Source of the DNA: Candidatus Nealsonbacteria bacterium
GTDB taxonomy: Bacteria > Patescibacteriota > Minisyncoccia > Minisyncoccales > RBG-13-36-15
Direction of reading: 5' to 3'
Assembly (NCBI GenBank): GCA_011050465.1
Contig: DRFQ01000009.1
Location: forward strand, 64,334-128,333
Length of the DNA: 64,000 nt
Below, piece by piece: positions 19,084-28,070 of the stretch (the first letter of the stretch is position 1; every line of letters starts with the position of its first letter). The notes under the pieces were generated by a model, which was not told the DNA's origin, made no database searches, and saw only the letters and a list, made by a program, of their open reading frames with translations. Position numbers and translations under genes: made by a program.

Positions 19084-20121
19084 ATGTCCTCTAATTTTAA
19101 AAAAGAAAAATTAAAATTAATTTTACTCAAAATGTCAAAGTTGGTTGAACCGACAATCAGAGAGCTTTTATCTTCCCGTCTTGATAAGAAAACTCAAGAG
19201 ATCTCTAATTATCAAATTTTGACTGGTGGGAAGAGATTAAGGCCAGCCCTAGCAATAATATCCTGCCAATTACTTGGCGGAAAGGTAAAAGACGTTTTAT
19301 ATCCGGCAGCCAGCTTGGAAATTCTCCACAATTATACTTTAATTGTTGATGATATGATAGATAATGGTGTTTTAAGAAGGGGAAGACCTACACTTTGGGT
19401 AAAATTTGGGCAATCTATTGCTCAATGTATAACCATCGATTATGCAGCCTTTCTCTTTCAAGGAGCAATAAGGTCAAGAGAGCCAATTAAAATTTCTGAG
19501 CTTTTAGCTGAGACAATACAAAAACTGGTAGATGGTGAAATTTTAGATATTTTATTTGAGCAGACAGGGAGAACTGAAGAGCCATATGTGGCAAAGAACA
19601 GATATAAAAAAATCACTGAAAAAGATTATTTAAAGATGGTCAGCAATAAAACAGCTTCTTTATTCCAGACCAGCTGTGAGATAGGTGGAATTTGCGCTGG
19701 GGCTAAAAAAGAAAAGATAAATGCACTCAAAAAATACGGATTTAATTTAGGGATGGCTTTTCAAATTCAAGATGATATTTTAGATATCTTTGGAGAAGAA
19801 AAAGCTTTTGGCAAAAAAGTAGGTAAGGACATTGAAGAAAGAAAAGGAGGAAACATAATCATTCTCTTTACATTAAAAGAGTTAAATTCGATTAATAAAA
19901 AGAAACTCTTAAAAATATTAAGAAAAAAAGGCAAAATAACTAAAAGAGATATCAAAGAAACGATAAGCTTAATTAAAAAAACTAATAGTTATCAAAAAGC
20001 CTCTTCTTTAGGAATAAGCTTCTCTCAAAGAGCTAAAAATGCTTTGAGAAATTTGCCTCAAAATGAATGGAATATTATCTTAAAGAACCTGGCAGATTTT
20101 ACTGTTGTGAGAGAAAAATAA
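19084..20121 (+). CDS. Polyprenyl diphosphate synthase (GGPP/short-chain type)
   Basis: First Asp-rich motif LIVDDMIDN and second FQIQDDILD, plus GKRLRP. Confidence 0.9.
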   Translation: MSSNFKKEKLKLILLKMSKLVEPTIRELLSSRLDKKTQEISNYQILTGGKRLRPALAIISCQLLGGKVKDVLYPAASLEILHNYTLIVDDMIDNGVLRRGRPTLWVKFGQSIAQCITIDYAAFLFQGAIRSREPIKISELLAETIQKLVDGEILDILFEQTGRTEEPYVAKNRYKKITEKDYLKMVSNKTASLFQTSCEIGGICAGAKKEKINALKKYGFNLGMAFQIQDDILDIFGEEKAFGKKVGKDIEERKGGNIIILFTLKELNSINKKKLLKILRKKGKITKRDIKETISLIKKTNSYQKASSLGISFSQRAKNALRNLPQNEWNIILKNLADFTVVREK

Positions 20122-20129
20122 ATTAAATT

Positions 20130-20591
20130 GTGTTCAAATATAGTATTATGAAGACTGCCCATAAAACAATTGAATACCAAACCAAAGGCCTATTTGATTT
20201 TATTGATATCACCGATGAAGTAAAAACCTTTCTAAAAGAAAGCGAAATTAAAAATGGCCTTATTAATATCCAAACCCTTCATACTACGGTTGGCCTCATC
20301 CTTAATGAAAACGAACCCCTGTTAATTGAAGATATCAAAGCCCATTTAGAAAGAATCGCTCCCACTACCTTAAAATATAATCACGATGACTTCGGCAGAA
20401 GGACAGTAAATATATGTGATGATGAATGTATTAATGGCCATTCTCACTGCAAAGCCATTCATTTGCCGGTTAATCTCACTTTAAACCTTATTAATGGAGA
20501 AATTCAGCTTGGCCAATGGCAGAGAATTTTATTCGTTGAGCTGGATAAAGCTAGAAAAAGAAAAGTCCAAATTCAGATTATGGGAGAGTAA
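20130..20591 (+). CDS. yjbQ: YjbQ/UPF0047 family protein (secondary thiamine-phosphate synthase-like)
   Basis: The motifs NIQTLHTT.GL.LNENEP and HDDF ... NGHSHCKA are typical of the family. An alternative ATG start lies at 20148. Confidence 0.75.
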   Translation: MFKYSIMKTAHKTIEYQTKGLFDFIDITDEVKTFLKESEIKNGLINIQTLHTTVGLILNENEPLLIEDIKAHLERIAPTTLKYNHDDFGRRTVNICDDECINGHSHCKAIHLPVNLTLNLINGEIQLGQWQRILFVELDKARKRKVQIQIMGE

Positions 20592-20614
20592 AGAATAGAT
20601 ATTATTACGATTTT

Positions 20615-20647
20615 CCGCCCCGGCTTCGCCGGGGCGGGTTTATTTTT
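20615..20647 (+). terminator. GC-rich intrinsic terminator
   Basis: Stem ccgcccc (20615-20621)/ggggcgg (20631-20637) followed by tttattttt. Confidence 0.7.
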
Positions 20648-20677
20648 AATGATTTTTGGTGCCTTTGGCGAAGCTTT

Positions 20678-20720
20678 ATTTGTCTTAAACCGAAAATGGT
20701 AGTAAAATAGTAGAAAGATT
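20678..20720 (+). promoter_or_regulatory. Family E promoter half, copy 3
   Basis: TTGTCT (20680-20685), a 17-nt spacer, TAAAAT (20703-20708), then agtagaaagatt directly abutting the ATG, as at 31964. Confidence 0.55.
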
Positions 20721-20939
20721 ATGGATTTCCAAGAAATTCAAAAAAAAGTTGTTGAGAACGTTTTCAATTATGGTAAAAAATACAATGTTGAGATTGACGA
20801 GGACTTTGTATTATTTAAGCTATATGAAGAAGTAGGGGAGTTGGCACAGTCCGTTTTAATCCACAGAAAGAAGTGTAGGCCCGAGAAATACCTTTCAGAT
20901 GAAAAATCAAAAGAAGAATTAGCACACTGTTTAATTTAG
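20721..20939 (+). pseudogene. MazG-like nucleotide pyrophosphohydrolase, C-terminally truncated fragment
   Basis: The KLYEEVGELAQ motif (the EExxE metal site of MazG-type all-alpha NTP-PPases) is present. The ORF stops at ELAHCLI, where the second helix pair should continue. Confidence 0.5.
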
Positions 20940-20962
20940 CAGTAAGATATAGCGAATATTGG

Positions 20963-21406
20963 TTGGACGGAAATTCTAATAAGGTTGCGGAACAAAATAC
21001 TTTTTTTGACGCAACCCCGGCCCCAGTCATAGTAAATTTTAACGATCTTTGGGAGACATTTAAAAGGATATATTCGAAAAACAGATCCGTTTATAAAAAA
21101 GTATTTAAAAATAATGTATTTAAAAAATTGGAAATTCTATACCACACAAATGAAAAAAATGTGAACTTTGACATAAAATTATGGGTGCTAATTTTATCAA
21201 CCTATCTTTATGCTTATAAAAATGCGAACGCTCAATCAAGGAAAAGGCTGATAGATTCTCTGCCGGCTCTTTATTTAGGCAGAATCTCTTGCTTTGTTTT
21301 AGAAACTTCATCTATGAACAAAAATCAAGTTGAGAAAAAAATTATTAATGATCTTAAATATTTTAAAAACGAAAAAGAAAAATTGAGAACGCTCTGGATT
21401 AAATAA
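20963..21406 (+). pseudogene. 3' remnant of a GT-A glycosyltransferase paralogous to the C-terminus of the 24450-26183 product
   Basis: Only the C-terminal helical domain is present (LWVLILSTYLYAYKN ... LPALYLGRISCFVLET). It is colinear with HWTTALSLFLKYCYKR ... in the full-length gene. No catalytic domain lies upstream. Confidence 0.5.
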
Positions 21407-21872
21407 ATTTAATCACGTTAAGCGGATAACTCACGTTTTTTGAGAGATCTTCTAGTATTTGATAGGTAGCTTTTGATCTTAGCTTCTTATGATTTGCAAG
21501 TTTTTGAATTTCCTCGAGACTCAACCAATTGACCCTAAGCACATCTTTTGCAAATTTCCCCTTTTTCCCCGAAGTTAATTTCCCTAAAAAATTAAATCGA
21601 ACTGTCAACCCAGGCATATCGTCCCAATAAAAATAATATATATTTATAAGACTTTCTATTTGGCAATCATATCCGGTCTCTTCTTTTGTTTCTCTGACAG
21701 CAGCATCAAGAAGATTCTCGTTTAACATGACTTTTCCTGAGGGAAAATTCCAAAGATTTCTTACTTCCTTTTTCGCCTCTTTGATTAATGCATATTTACC
21801 GTCTTTCTGGATAGCGACAGAGCATATAATATTAACTATTTTTGATTGGTTTAAGATAGATCTTTTTTCCAT
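21399..21872 (-). CDS. NUDIX hydrolase
   Basis: Nudix box GKVMLNENLLDAAVRETKEETGY. The start is moved to ATG 21872 because the track GTG at 21890 lies inside the IS terminal repeat. Confidence 0.8.
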   Translation of the reverse strand: MEKRSILNQSKIVNIICSVAIQKDGKYALIKEAKKEVRNLWNFPSGKVMLNENLLDAAVRETKEETGYDCQIESLINIYYFYWDDMPGLTVRFNFLGKLTSGKKGKFAKDVLRVNWLSLEEIQKLANHKKLRSKATYQILEDLSKNVSYPLNVIKFI

Positions 21873-21884
21873 TTTTTGTTTTAG

Positions 21885-22885
21885 ATACACACTTTTGGCG
21901 GTTTGGTTAGTTAATAATTTTAAGCATTTGATTCGGCGTCTTTCCGTTAAGTCCGCAATGTTTTGTGTCGTTGTATTCCATATTCCACAATCTTAATTTG
22001 TATCTTAGATCTTCGAAAGATTTAAATTCAGTTTCATCATAGAATTTCTCTTGATCTTCTCTGTGAGATCTCTCTACAAAACTGTTCTGCCGGGGTTTGC
22101 CCGGGTCAATCAAATGGTGGGGTATGCCCAATTCCTGGCAGAGTATATCGAAGGGGTGCAGCCTCGGGTTTAAAGGGTCTGTGCTTTTATTATATCCTGT
22201 ATACCTGTTGGTGAAACAAGAAGTATTATCTGTCTTAATTGCTTTAATTTCAAAGTTGGCAATGGCTATTAGTTCTCTCAAAAACCTTATCGCGCTGAGA
22301 TTGGAAGCATCCTCGTATGCTTGCAAATACCTCCACCTTGAGCCGCAATCTATGGCTGTAAATTGATAATATCTCTGCCCTTTTATCTTATCTGGAACAT
22401 ATTTTACATCAATCTTTACCAGCTCACCCTTCTTTAAAGGAATTCTAACATATTTGTATTTAATCTTCCTTGTCCTGTATTTTCTGGTCAGTCCTTCATT
22501 TTTAATTATCTTCTGGATAGTTTGGTAATGTATGTTTATTCCTTCTTCCCCTAAGTCTCACTGCACTTTCAAGGCGCATTGCTTTTTCTCTTTTCTCAAT
22601 TCAATAATTCTTTCCTTTATCCTGATGGGCGTTTCTTTGGGATTTGTTTTGGGCCTTGTAGATTTCGGTTCCAATCCCTCCTCTCCGTATATCTTGTAGT
22701 TATGCAGCCACCTTTCTAATGTTCTTTTAGCGGTAGGGACACATTTTGGCGGCGTTCGTAATGCTTACTTCTTTGTTCAAAATGGGCAATATCCATCTTA
22801 ACCGTTTCTCTTTAATTGTTTTGGCCATATTTACACACATATACCGAAACTATATCAGCTTCGGTAAAACCCGCCATATGTGTAT
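21885..22885 (-). mobile_element. Decayed IS481-family-like insertion sequence (about 1 kb)
   Basis: Imperfect terminal inverted repeats: atacacacttttggcggttt (21885-21904) versus the reverse complement of aaacccgccatatgtgtat (22867-22885). They enclose an rve-type transposase reading frame. Confidence 0.6.
21907..22828 (-). pseudogene. IS481-like DDE (rve) transposase, disrupted
   Basis: The N-terminal HTH part MAKTIKEKRLRWILPILNKEVSITNAAKMCPY is followed by a frameshift. An in-frame TGA follows (ALKVQ*DLGEEG). The frame then continues YYQFTAIDCGSRWRYLQAYEDAS into the 139-aa ORF, which carries IKTDN and VERSHRED. Confidence 0.7.
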
Positions 22886-22970
22886 ATACATTACCATATT
22901 CTCTTGAAGAATAACATTTATTGTGATATAACCTTTAAAAACTTAGATGTATTATAAACCAAACTGATGA

Positions 22971-23180
22971 ATAGTCAAAATATCTGTTGCTTTTATAGAA
23001 AAGAAATATCAACGCTTAGGAATAGGAAAGGAGATGGCTAATAACTTAACGGATTGGTTTAAAAAAAATAAGACAAGTTACATAAAGATTTCAGTTCATG
23101 TAAAGAATAAAGTGGGTGAAAGCTTTTGGAGAAAAATTGGATTTAAAGATTTTATGAGATCAATGAATTTAAAAATATAA
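22971..23180 (+). pseudogene. GNAT acetyltransferase C-terminal remnant
   Basis: The frame reads SVAFIEKKYQRLGIGKEMANNLTDWFKK ... FWRKIGFKDF, which contains the acetyl-CoA motif Q/RxxGxG. No N-terminal half is present, and the fragment lies next to the IS end. Confidence 0.5.
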
Positions 23181-23225
23181 AAGAGGATCTAGATTTTCTA
23201 GTTTCCAAGTACTTAATCCCCGGTA

Positions 23226-23262
23226 CTAGTCAGCGCAGTATCGAGGCCGACCGAGAGGCCTT
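23226..23262 (+). repeat. Family D repeat copy
   Basis: tagtcagcgcagtatcgaggccgaccgagaggcc matches 17513-17548. Confidence 0.6.
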
Positions 23263-23355
23263 CGATTTGAGTCTTATCCCTGAAGGCTAAATTTGACAAA
23301 ATTACAACGAAACGATATAATTATGGCAGTTCATCGAAAAAAAGGAGGTGTAAGA

Positions 23356-24141
23356 ATGGAAAAGGGTATGTACCGTGTAACGTTTACGGCAATACCGGGA
23401 ATTCCTCTAATTCAAGAAAGAGATGATCTTGGTAGTATTATCGTAGAATGTGCGAAATCAGCGGGACTGAAGTTTCAGGACAAAGACATTTTAGTCGTGA
23501 CTTCAAAAATTGTTTCGAAAGCAGAGAATAGACTGATTTCTTTGAAAACCGTCCAACCCTCAAGGAGAGCACATAGGGTAGCAGAAATCAGCGGTAAAGA
23601 TCCGAAAATCGTTGAGCTGATGATGAAAGAAGGGAATTTCTTAGAGGTCAGGCACGGTGTAATTGTAACAGTTCATCGTCTCGGATTTATCTGCACGAGT
23701 GCCGGCATTGATAAAGCAAATACTGGTTATCCAGAAGAAGAGCTTGTCAGTATGCTCCCAGAGAATCCTGATAAGAGCGCAGGGAGAATACGAAAGAAAA
23801 TCGAAGAACTAACTGGTAAAAAGATTGGAGTCTTAATTAATGATTCCCTTGGTGTGCAGTATCGAAATGGCTCCATTGGGATGACGGTAGGACTTTCCGG
23901 GTTTCCTGCCCTTCTAAGAAGTAGTTCAGGTAAAGACCTCTATCAAAAAAAACGAAATATATGTATCTCGTTTGCCGATGAGATTGCTGCTGCCGCCTCG
24001 CTTCTTATGGGACAGGGCAATGTCGGTATACCGGTAGTACTAGCGAGGGGGTTAAGGTATCCAAGGAAAAGCGGACATCTCAGAGACCTTATTGCTGCCG
24101 AGCAGATTAAGAATGGTCTAAAAAAGAAAAAGGGCGTCTGA
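23356..24141 (+). CDS. CofE-like F420-0:gamma-glutamyl ligase family protein
   Basis: Motifs ILVVTSKIVSKAE, GFICTSAGID.AN, LINDS.G...R.G..G...G.SG, and EIAAAASLLMGQG..G.PVV..RG. Start chosen at ATG 23356, behind AGGAGG. Confidence 0.7.
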   Translation: MEKGMYRVTFTAIPGIPLIQERDDLGSIIVECAKSAGLKFQDKDILVVTSKIVSKAENRLISLKTVQPSRRAHRVAEISGKDPKIVELMMKEGNFLEVRHGVIVTVHRLGFICTSAGIDKANTGYPEEELVSMLPENPDKSAGRIRKKIEELTGKKIGVLINDSLGVQYRNGSIGMTVGLSGFPALLRSSSGKDLYQKKRNICISFADEIAAAASLLMGQGNVGIPVVLARGLRYPRKSGHLRDLIAAEQIKNGLKKKKGV

Positions 24142-24232
24142 AAATTGTAAGATGCCCTCTTTTTATTCTTATTTATAGAATGGATGCGGTTTGAGTTGAA
24201 CTCAGATAATATGCCCCTGGCTTGCTCCTTTG

Positions 24233-24261
24233 TTGACATAGATTTTTAACCATTTTATAAT
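24233..24261 (+). promoter_or_regulatory. Consensus sigma-70 promoter
   Basis: TTGACA (24233-24238), a 17-nt spacer, then TATAAT (24256-24261). Confidence 0.65.
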
Positions 24262-24351
24262 AAAAAAGACATCTCTGGAAGAAATTGATAGGGCAGAAAT
24301 TTCTTATGGTTTATATAGGAAGCAATAAAACCGAATAAGTGGTCTAACTTT

Positions 24352-24453
24352 ATGTATTATTTTGCTAAGATGAAAATACAAATTAAACGGATCGACATAG
24401 CGCCCAAAGGGGCGTTTTATACTATTATCAGCAATTTGGATAAAAGTTTATGA
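24352..24453 (+). CDS. Candidate 33-aa upstream ORF translationally coupled (ATGA) to the next gene
   Basis: The ATG at 24352 is in frame to a TGA at 24451-24453, which overlaps the ATG at 24450. The ORF spans the gcgccc/ggggcg hairpin. Confidence 0.25.
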   Translation: MYYFAKMKIQIKRIDIAPKGAFYTIISNLDKSL

Positions 24454-26183
24454 GACTCTACTTAGTCCGCCATGGACAAACAATCGAAAATATAAAAAAA
24501 ATAACCATGGGCCAAAAACATGGTAAACTTACTTATACTGGGATTAAACAAGCAGAGCTTTTAGGAAAGCAATTAAAAGGTTATGATTTTGACATTATAT
24601 ACTGCTCTGATTTAAAAAGAGCTTCTGACACTCTAAAGAGAGTAAAAAAATATCTACCCAAAATACCGGTGATTTATACGAAAGATTTAAGAGAAACAAA
24701 ATTGGGTGAACTTGAGGGAAAAAGATGGGATAAAATTTCTATGGAAGATATCCCCGGAGATTTCATGACCAGAAAAGCTAAGGGGGGAGAATCGCTTCAA
24801 GGGGTTAAAAAGAGGATAAATAGGTTTATAAATCTGCTGAACAAAAATCATGCCAATGATAAAGTTTTAATCGTTACCCATGCAGGTACAATAAAGATGT
24901 TTTTATCCATCTTGCAAAAAATTCCAGTTAAGAAAATTTTTAAGACAGTTGATTTAAAAAATACAAGCATTTGTGAAATAGAAGTAACTCCTAGTGAAAC
25001 TAAAGTTTACTATATAAACAAGACAGATCATCTAAACAACAAAAAAATAGATATCATTGTTGGGTTACCTTCGTACAACGAGGAAGATTCTATTAGAAAG
25101 GTTTTAGAAACCATTGATAAAGGGTTAAAAAAGTTCTATGATCCGCACAAATGCTTAATTGTAAATTTCGATAGTGGTAGTAAAGATGATACTAAATCTG
25201 TTTTTTTGAATACAGAAACAACTTGTCTAAAAAAGTATTATAATACCGGCAGAAGATCTCGCGGAAAAGGCATAAATCTTATCAAACTGTTTAATCTCTG
25301 TGTGGAGTTAGATGCAGAATATATAGCTACTATTGACAGTGATATATACACAATAAATGAAAACTGGCCGAGACTTCTCTTGCAGCCATTGATAAAAAAG
25401 AAGTGTGATTATGTTGTGCCAGTCTATACCCGTAATAGATTTGAGGGTAGTAACACCAACCACTTAACTTATCCTTTGATCTACGCCATATTCGGAGTTA
25501 AGATTAGGCAGCCCATAGGGGGTGATTTTGGATTAAGTAAAAAATTTTGTAAATTTTTATTAAAACAGCCATTAATAGAATCAACCCTAAAATATGGTAT
25601 AGATATCTTTATGACCTGCCATGCTGTCGGTGGAGGATTCAAAATAGCAGAATCTTATCTAGGGAGAAAATTTCATAAACAAAGTTTTCCTAAAATAGTG
25701 CCAATGTCTAAACAAATATTATCCTCAGCAATACATACAACCAAGATTTATCAAAGTAAAAAGAGAAAAGCCAAACCTGAAATAATTAAAAGTAGAAGAA
25801 GAATAAATATTGATCGACTAAGTATGTATTCTCACAAAAGAAAAGTTCCCACATTATTAAAACGAATGAAATTTGAATTTATTAAAAATGAAAAAGATTA
25901 TCAAAAACTTCTGGGTAATTCTTTTGTACCCATATCTGAAGTGATAAGAAGTGGAAAACCTATTATATCGGATAAACATTGGACTACAGCCTTATCGCTA
26001 TTTTTAAAATATTGCTATAAAAGGAATTTTGACGAGAAGTTAATTCCTTATATTACTAATTTAGTAATACCAATTTTTATTTGGCGTGTAATATCGTTTT
26101 GGGTAAAAATTGAAAAAGAAAAGCCACAAAAGATTGAGGCTATGATAGAAAAACAAGCTGAATTATTAAAACGCAAACTTTAA
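24450..26183 (+). CDS. Fusion protein: histidine phosphatase (PGAM-like) domain plus GT-A fold glycosyltransferase with a helical C-terminal domain
   Basis: N-terminal LVRHGQT ... THAGTI (RHG/H catalytic pattern). From about residue 200: IVGLPSYNEEDSI ... NFDSGSKDDT ... TIDSDI ... QPIGGDFG. Confidence 0.75.
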   Translation: MRLYLVRHGQTIENIKKITMGQKHGKLTYTGIKQAELLGKQLKGYDFDIIYCSDLKRASDTLKRVKKYLPKIPVIYTKDLRETKLGELEGKRWDKISMEDIPGDFMTRKAKGGESLQGVKKRINRFINLLNKNHANDKVLIVTHAGTIKMFLSILQKIPVKKIFKTVDLKNTSICEIEVTPSETKVYYINKTDHLNNKKIDIIVGLPSYNEEDSIRKVLETIDKGLKKFYDPHKCLIVNFDSGSKDDTKSVFLNTETTCLKKYYNTGRRSRGKGINLIKLFNLCVELDAEYIATIDSDIYTINENWPRLLLQPLIKKKCDYVVPVYTRNRFEGSNTNHLTYPLIYAIFGVKIRQPIGGDFGLSKKFCKFLLKQPLIESTLKYGIDIFMTCHAVGGGFKIAESYLGRKFHKQSFPKIVPMSKQILSSAIHTTKIYQSKKRKAKPEIIKSRRRINIDRLSMYSHKRKVPTLLKRMKFEFIKNEKDYQKLLGNSFVPISEVIRSGKPIISDKHWTTALSLFLKYCYKRNFDEKLIPYITNLVIPIFIWRVISFWVKIEKEKPQKIEAMIEKQAELLKRKL

Positions 26184-26242
26184 AATTAAAATTTTTTTAA
26201 AAATGTATTTTACTAATGGGCTTATGCCCGTTTTTTATTACA

Positions 26243-28066
26243 TTATATATTTTTATATTTAATCTCTTTAGCTGTTTTGTATAGCTGATTTATAAAAACA
26301 GTTCTCTTATAAGCTTCTTCAAAGCTAACTAAATTAATATCTTTTTTACCCGTCAGTAAATATTCAGAAAGTTTTTTGATTAAAATATTGTGACCATTAC
26401 CGTAAACTGGAGAATTTTTGACTTCGGGTTTAAAATCTACATCACATTTATCTTTGAAAGAAGAATAAAGTAATTCATTTAAAGCAACACCCCCAATTTT
26501 AATAGATCCCCGTTCAAAAATGACAAAAATACTACTCTCTAAATTGCGAGGCACCGACGAAACAACTACTTCCAGATTGAAAATAGTATCACCTGATTTG
26601 AATTGTGCTAAAAACAAATCCTCGGTATTGATTTTTTTGTGATAAATTTTCTTCCTAAATGAGTTAATTACTTTCACTGTTGATTTGGGAGAAAAATTTT
26701 CCATCATAATATCAATTATATGTATTCCTTGGTTAAACAATATCCCACCTTCAAGTTTTTTCTTGCCTCGCCAAGACTTTTTGTAATAATCTTTATCTCT
26801 AAACCATCTGACATTACCAAAAATATATAAAATCTTACCCGTTTTTTTACTATTGATTAATTTTTTTAAAAATAAAATTGGAGGGTTAAAACGGTTCTGA
26901 AAAACTACGAAGATATTTTTATCATAATTTTTAATTTTTCTAATTTCGTTCGCTTCTTTTTCATTTAAACAAACGGGCTTTTCGCATAAACATTTCTTAT
27001 TAGAACGCAAAGCTTTAATTATCATATCCTTATGTGTATGATGGGGAGTACAAATATCTACAACATCAACATTTTCAATCAGCTCCCCTAAATTACGAAA
27101 ATGTTCTTCACCGACTGAGTTCATTTTCTTTTTATCTATATCAAATACTCCTCCTAATTCTGAATTTTTATCAGCCTTAATTGCTAGTAAATGTTTCTTT
27201 AATATTCTTCCGCAACCGACTATCCCATATCGTATTTTTTTATTACTTAAAATCTCTTTCAATTCATTTATTGAATTACCCGAATCACGATATCTATTCT
27301 TTTTATTAGTATGAGTTTCAATAGAAAAAATTAAGTCTTTATCAGCAAACTTTTTAATTGAGGAAAGGTGTTTTTTGTAGTTAATATCACCCGCGCCCAC
27401 AGGAACGTATTCTTTTTTCGTTTGCGAATAGTCTTTAATGTGTACATACCGGATATATTTACCTAGTTTTACAATATCTTTATCCTGGAGTTTTTTTCCT
27501 TGTTTATAAAGATTACCTATGTCCAACAATACTCTCAAATGTTTAGAATTGTATCTTTTGACAGCTTTATACAAACTATCTACTGAATCAATATTGCAAG
27601 CAGGTTCATTTTCTAAAAGCAATATTTTATTTTTCTTTTTAGCTAAATCTAACAGTTTTTCTATTTCTTTATCAAGATGTTTTATTTTAAAGTCTTTGTA
27701 TTTTAAGAAAGAAAAAACCCTAATATATTTTGTTTTAAAAATATCAGCGATAATAAAGACTTTCTCATAGTCAGCTTTACTTTTATTATTAAAGCCAAAG
27801 CTATCAATTTTAATATTGCCTACCTTTTTAGCTTTTATTCCTGAAGGATACCACTTCAAAATAGGAGAAGCTATACATGTTACCTTAATACCATTCCTAT
27901 TTAAGTAAATCGCCAATTTTCTTAGTACTGGCAAGGGTATATCTAAGACATTTTTACCGTTAATTGATCTCAAGTCGACATTCTTTATTTTGTGGAGTTT
28001 TAAAAACAGAACAACCCGTTTTGGGTCATCACTTATTTCATCATTAATTATTGAAATTCTCTTCAT
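26243..28066 (-). CDS. Fusion protein: xylose-isomerase-like TIM-barrel (sugar-phosphate isomerase/epimerase or dehydratase type) plus Gfo/Idh/MocA oxidoreductase
   Basis: The N-terminal half has the barrel pattern (LENEP ... DIGN ... HIKD ... SIETH). The C-terminal half begins IRYGIVGCGRI (Rossmann fold) and carries the EKP motif (CLCEKPV). Confidence 0.7.
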   Translation of the reverse strand: MKRISIINDEISDDPKRVVLFLKLHKIKNVDLRSINGKNVLDIPLPVLRKLAIYLNRNGIKVTCIASPILKWYPSGIKAKKVGNIKIDSFGFNNKSKADYEKVFIIADIFKTKYIRVFSFLKYKDFKIKHLDKEIEKLLDLAKKKNKILLLENEPACNIDSVDSLYKAVKRYNSKHLRVLLDIGNLYKQGKKLQDKDIVKLGKYIRYVHIKDYSQTKKEYVPVGAGDINYKKHLSSIKKFADKDLIFSIETHTNKKNRYRDSGNSINELKEILSNKKIRYGIVGCGRILKKHLLAIKADKNSELGGVFDIDKKKMNSVGEEHFRNLGELIENVDVVDICTPHHTHKDMIIKALRSNKKCLCEKPVCLNEKEANEIRKIKNYDKNIFVVFQNRFNPPILFLKKLINSKKTGKILYIFGNVRWFRDKDYYKKSWRGKKKLEGGILFNQGIHIIDIMMENFSPKSTVKVINSFRKKIYHKKINTEDLFLAQFKSGDTIFNLEVVVSSVPRNLESSIFVIFERGSIKIGGVALNELLYSSFKDKCDVDFKPEVKNSPVYGNGHNILIKKLSEYLLTGKKDINLVSFEEAYKRTVFINQLYKTAKEIKYKNI

Positions 28067-28070
28067 GTTA

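Noticed and set aside
21727-22366. Plus-strand ORFs 21727-21996 and 22097-22366.
   Set aside because: They lie antisense to the NUDIX gene and the transposase remnant and have no independent support.
22540-22570. The in-frame TGA inside the transposase frame (ALKVQ*DLGEEG) could indicate UGA recoding, as in Gracilibacteria and Absconditabacteria (code 25).
   Set aside because: TGA is used as the terminal stop of well-delimited conserved genes in this window: the CofE-like gene at 24141, mreD at 40523, serS at 45499 and the GT39-like gene at 53252. No conserved gene needs read-through. The transposase also carries a frameshift, so it is simply a pseudogene.
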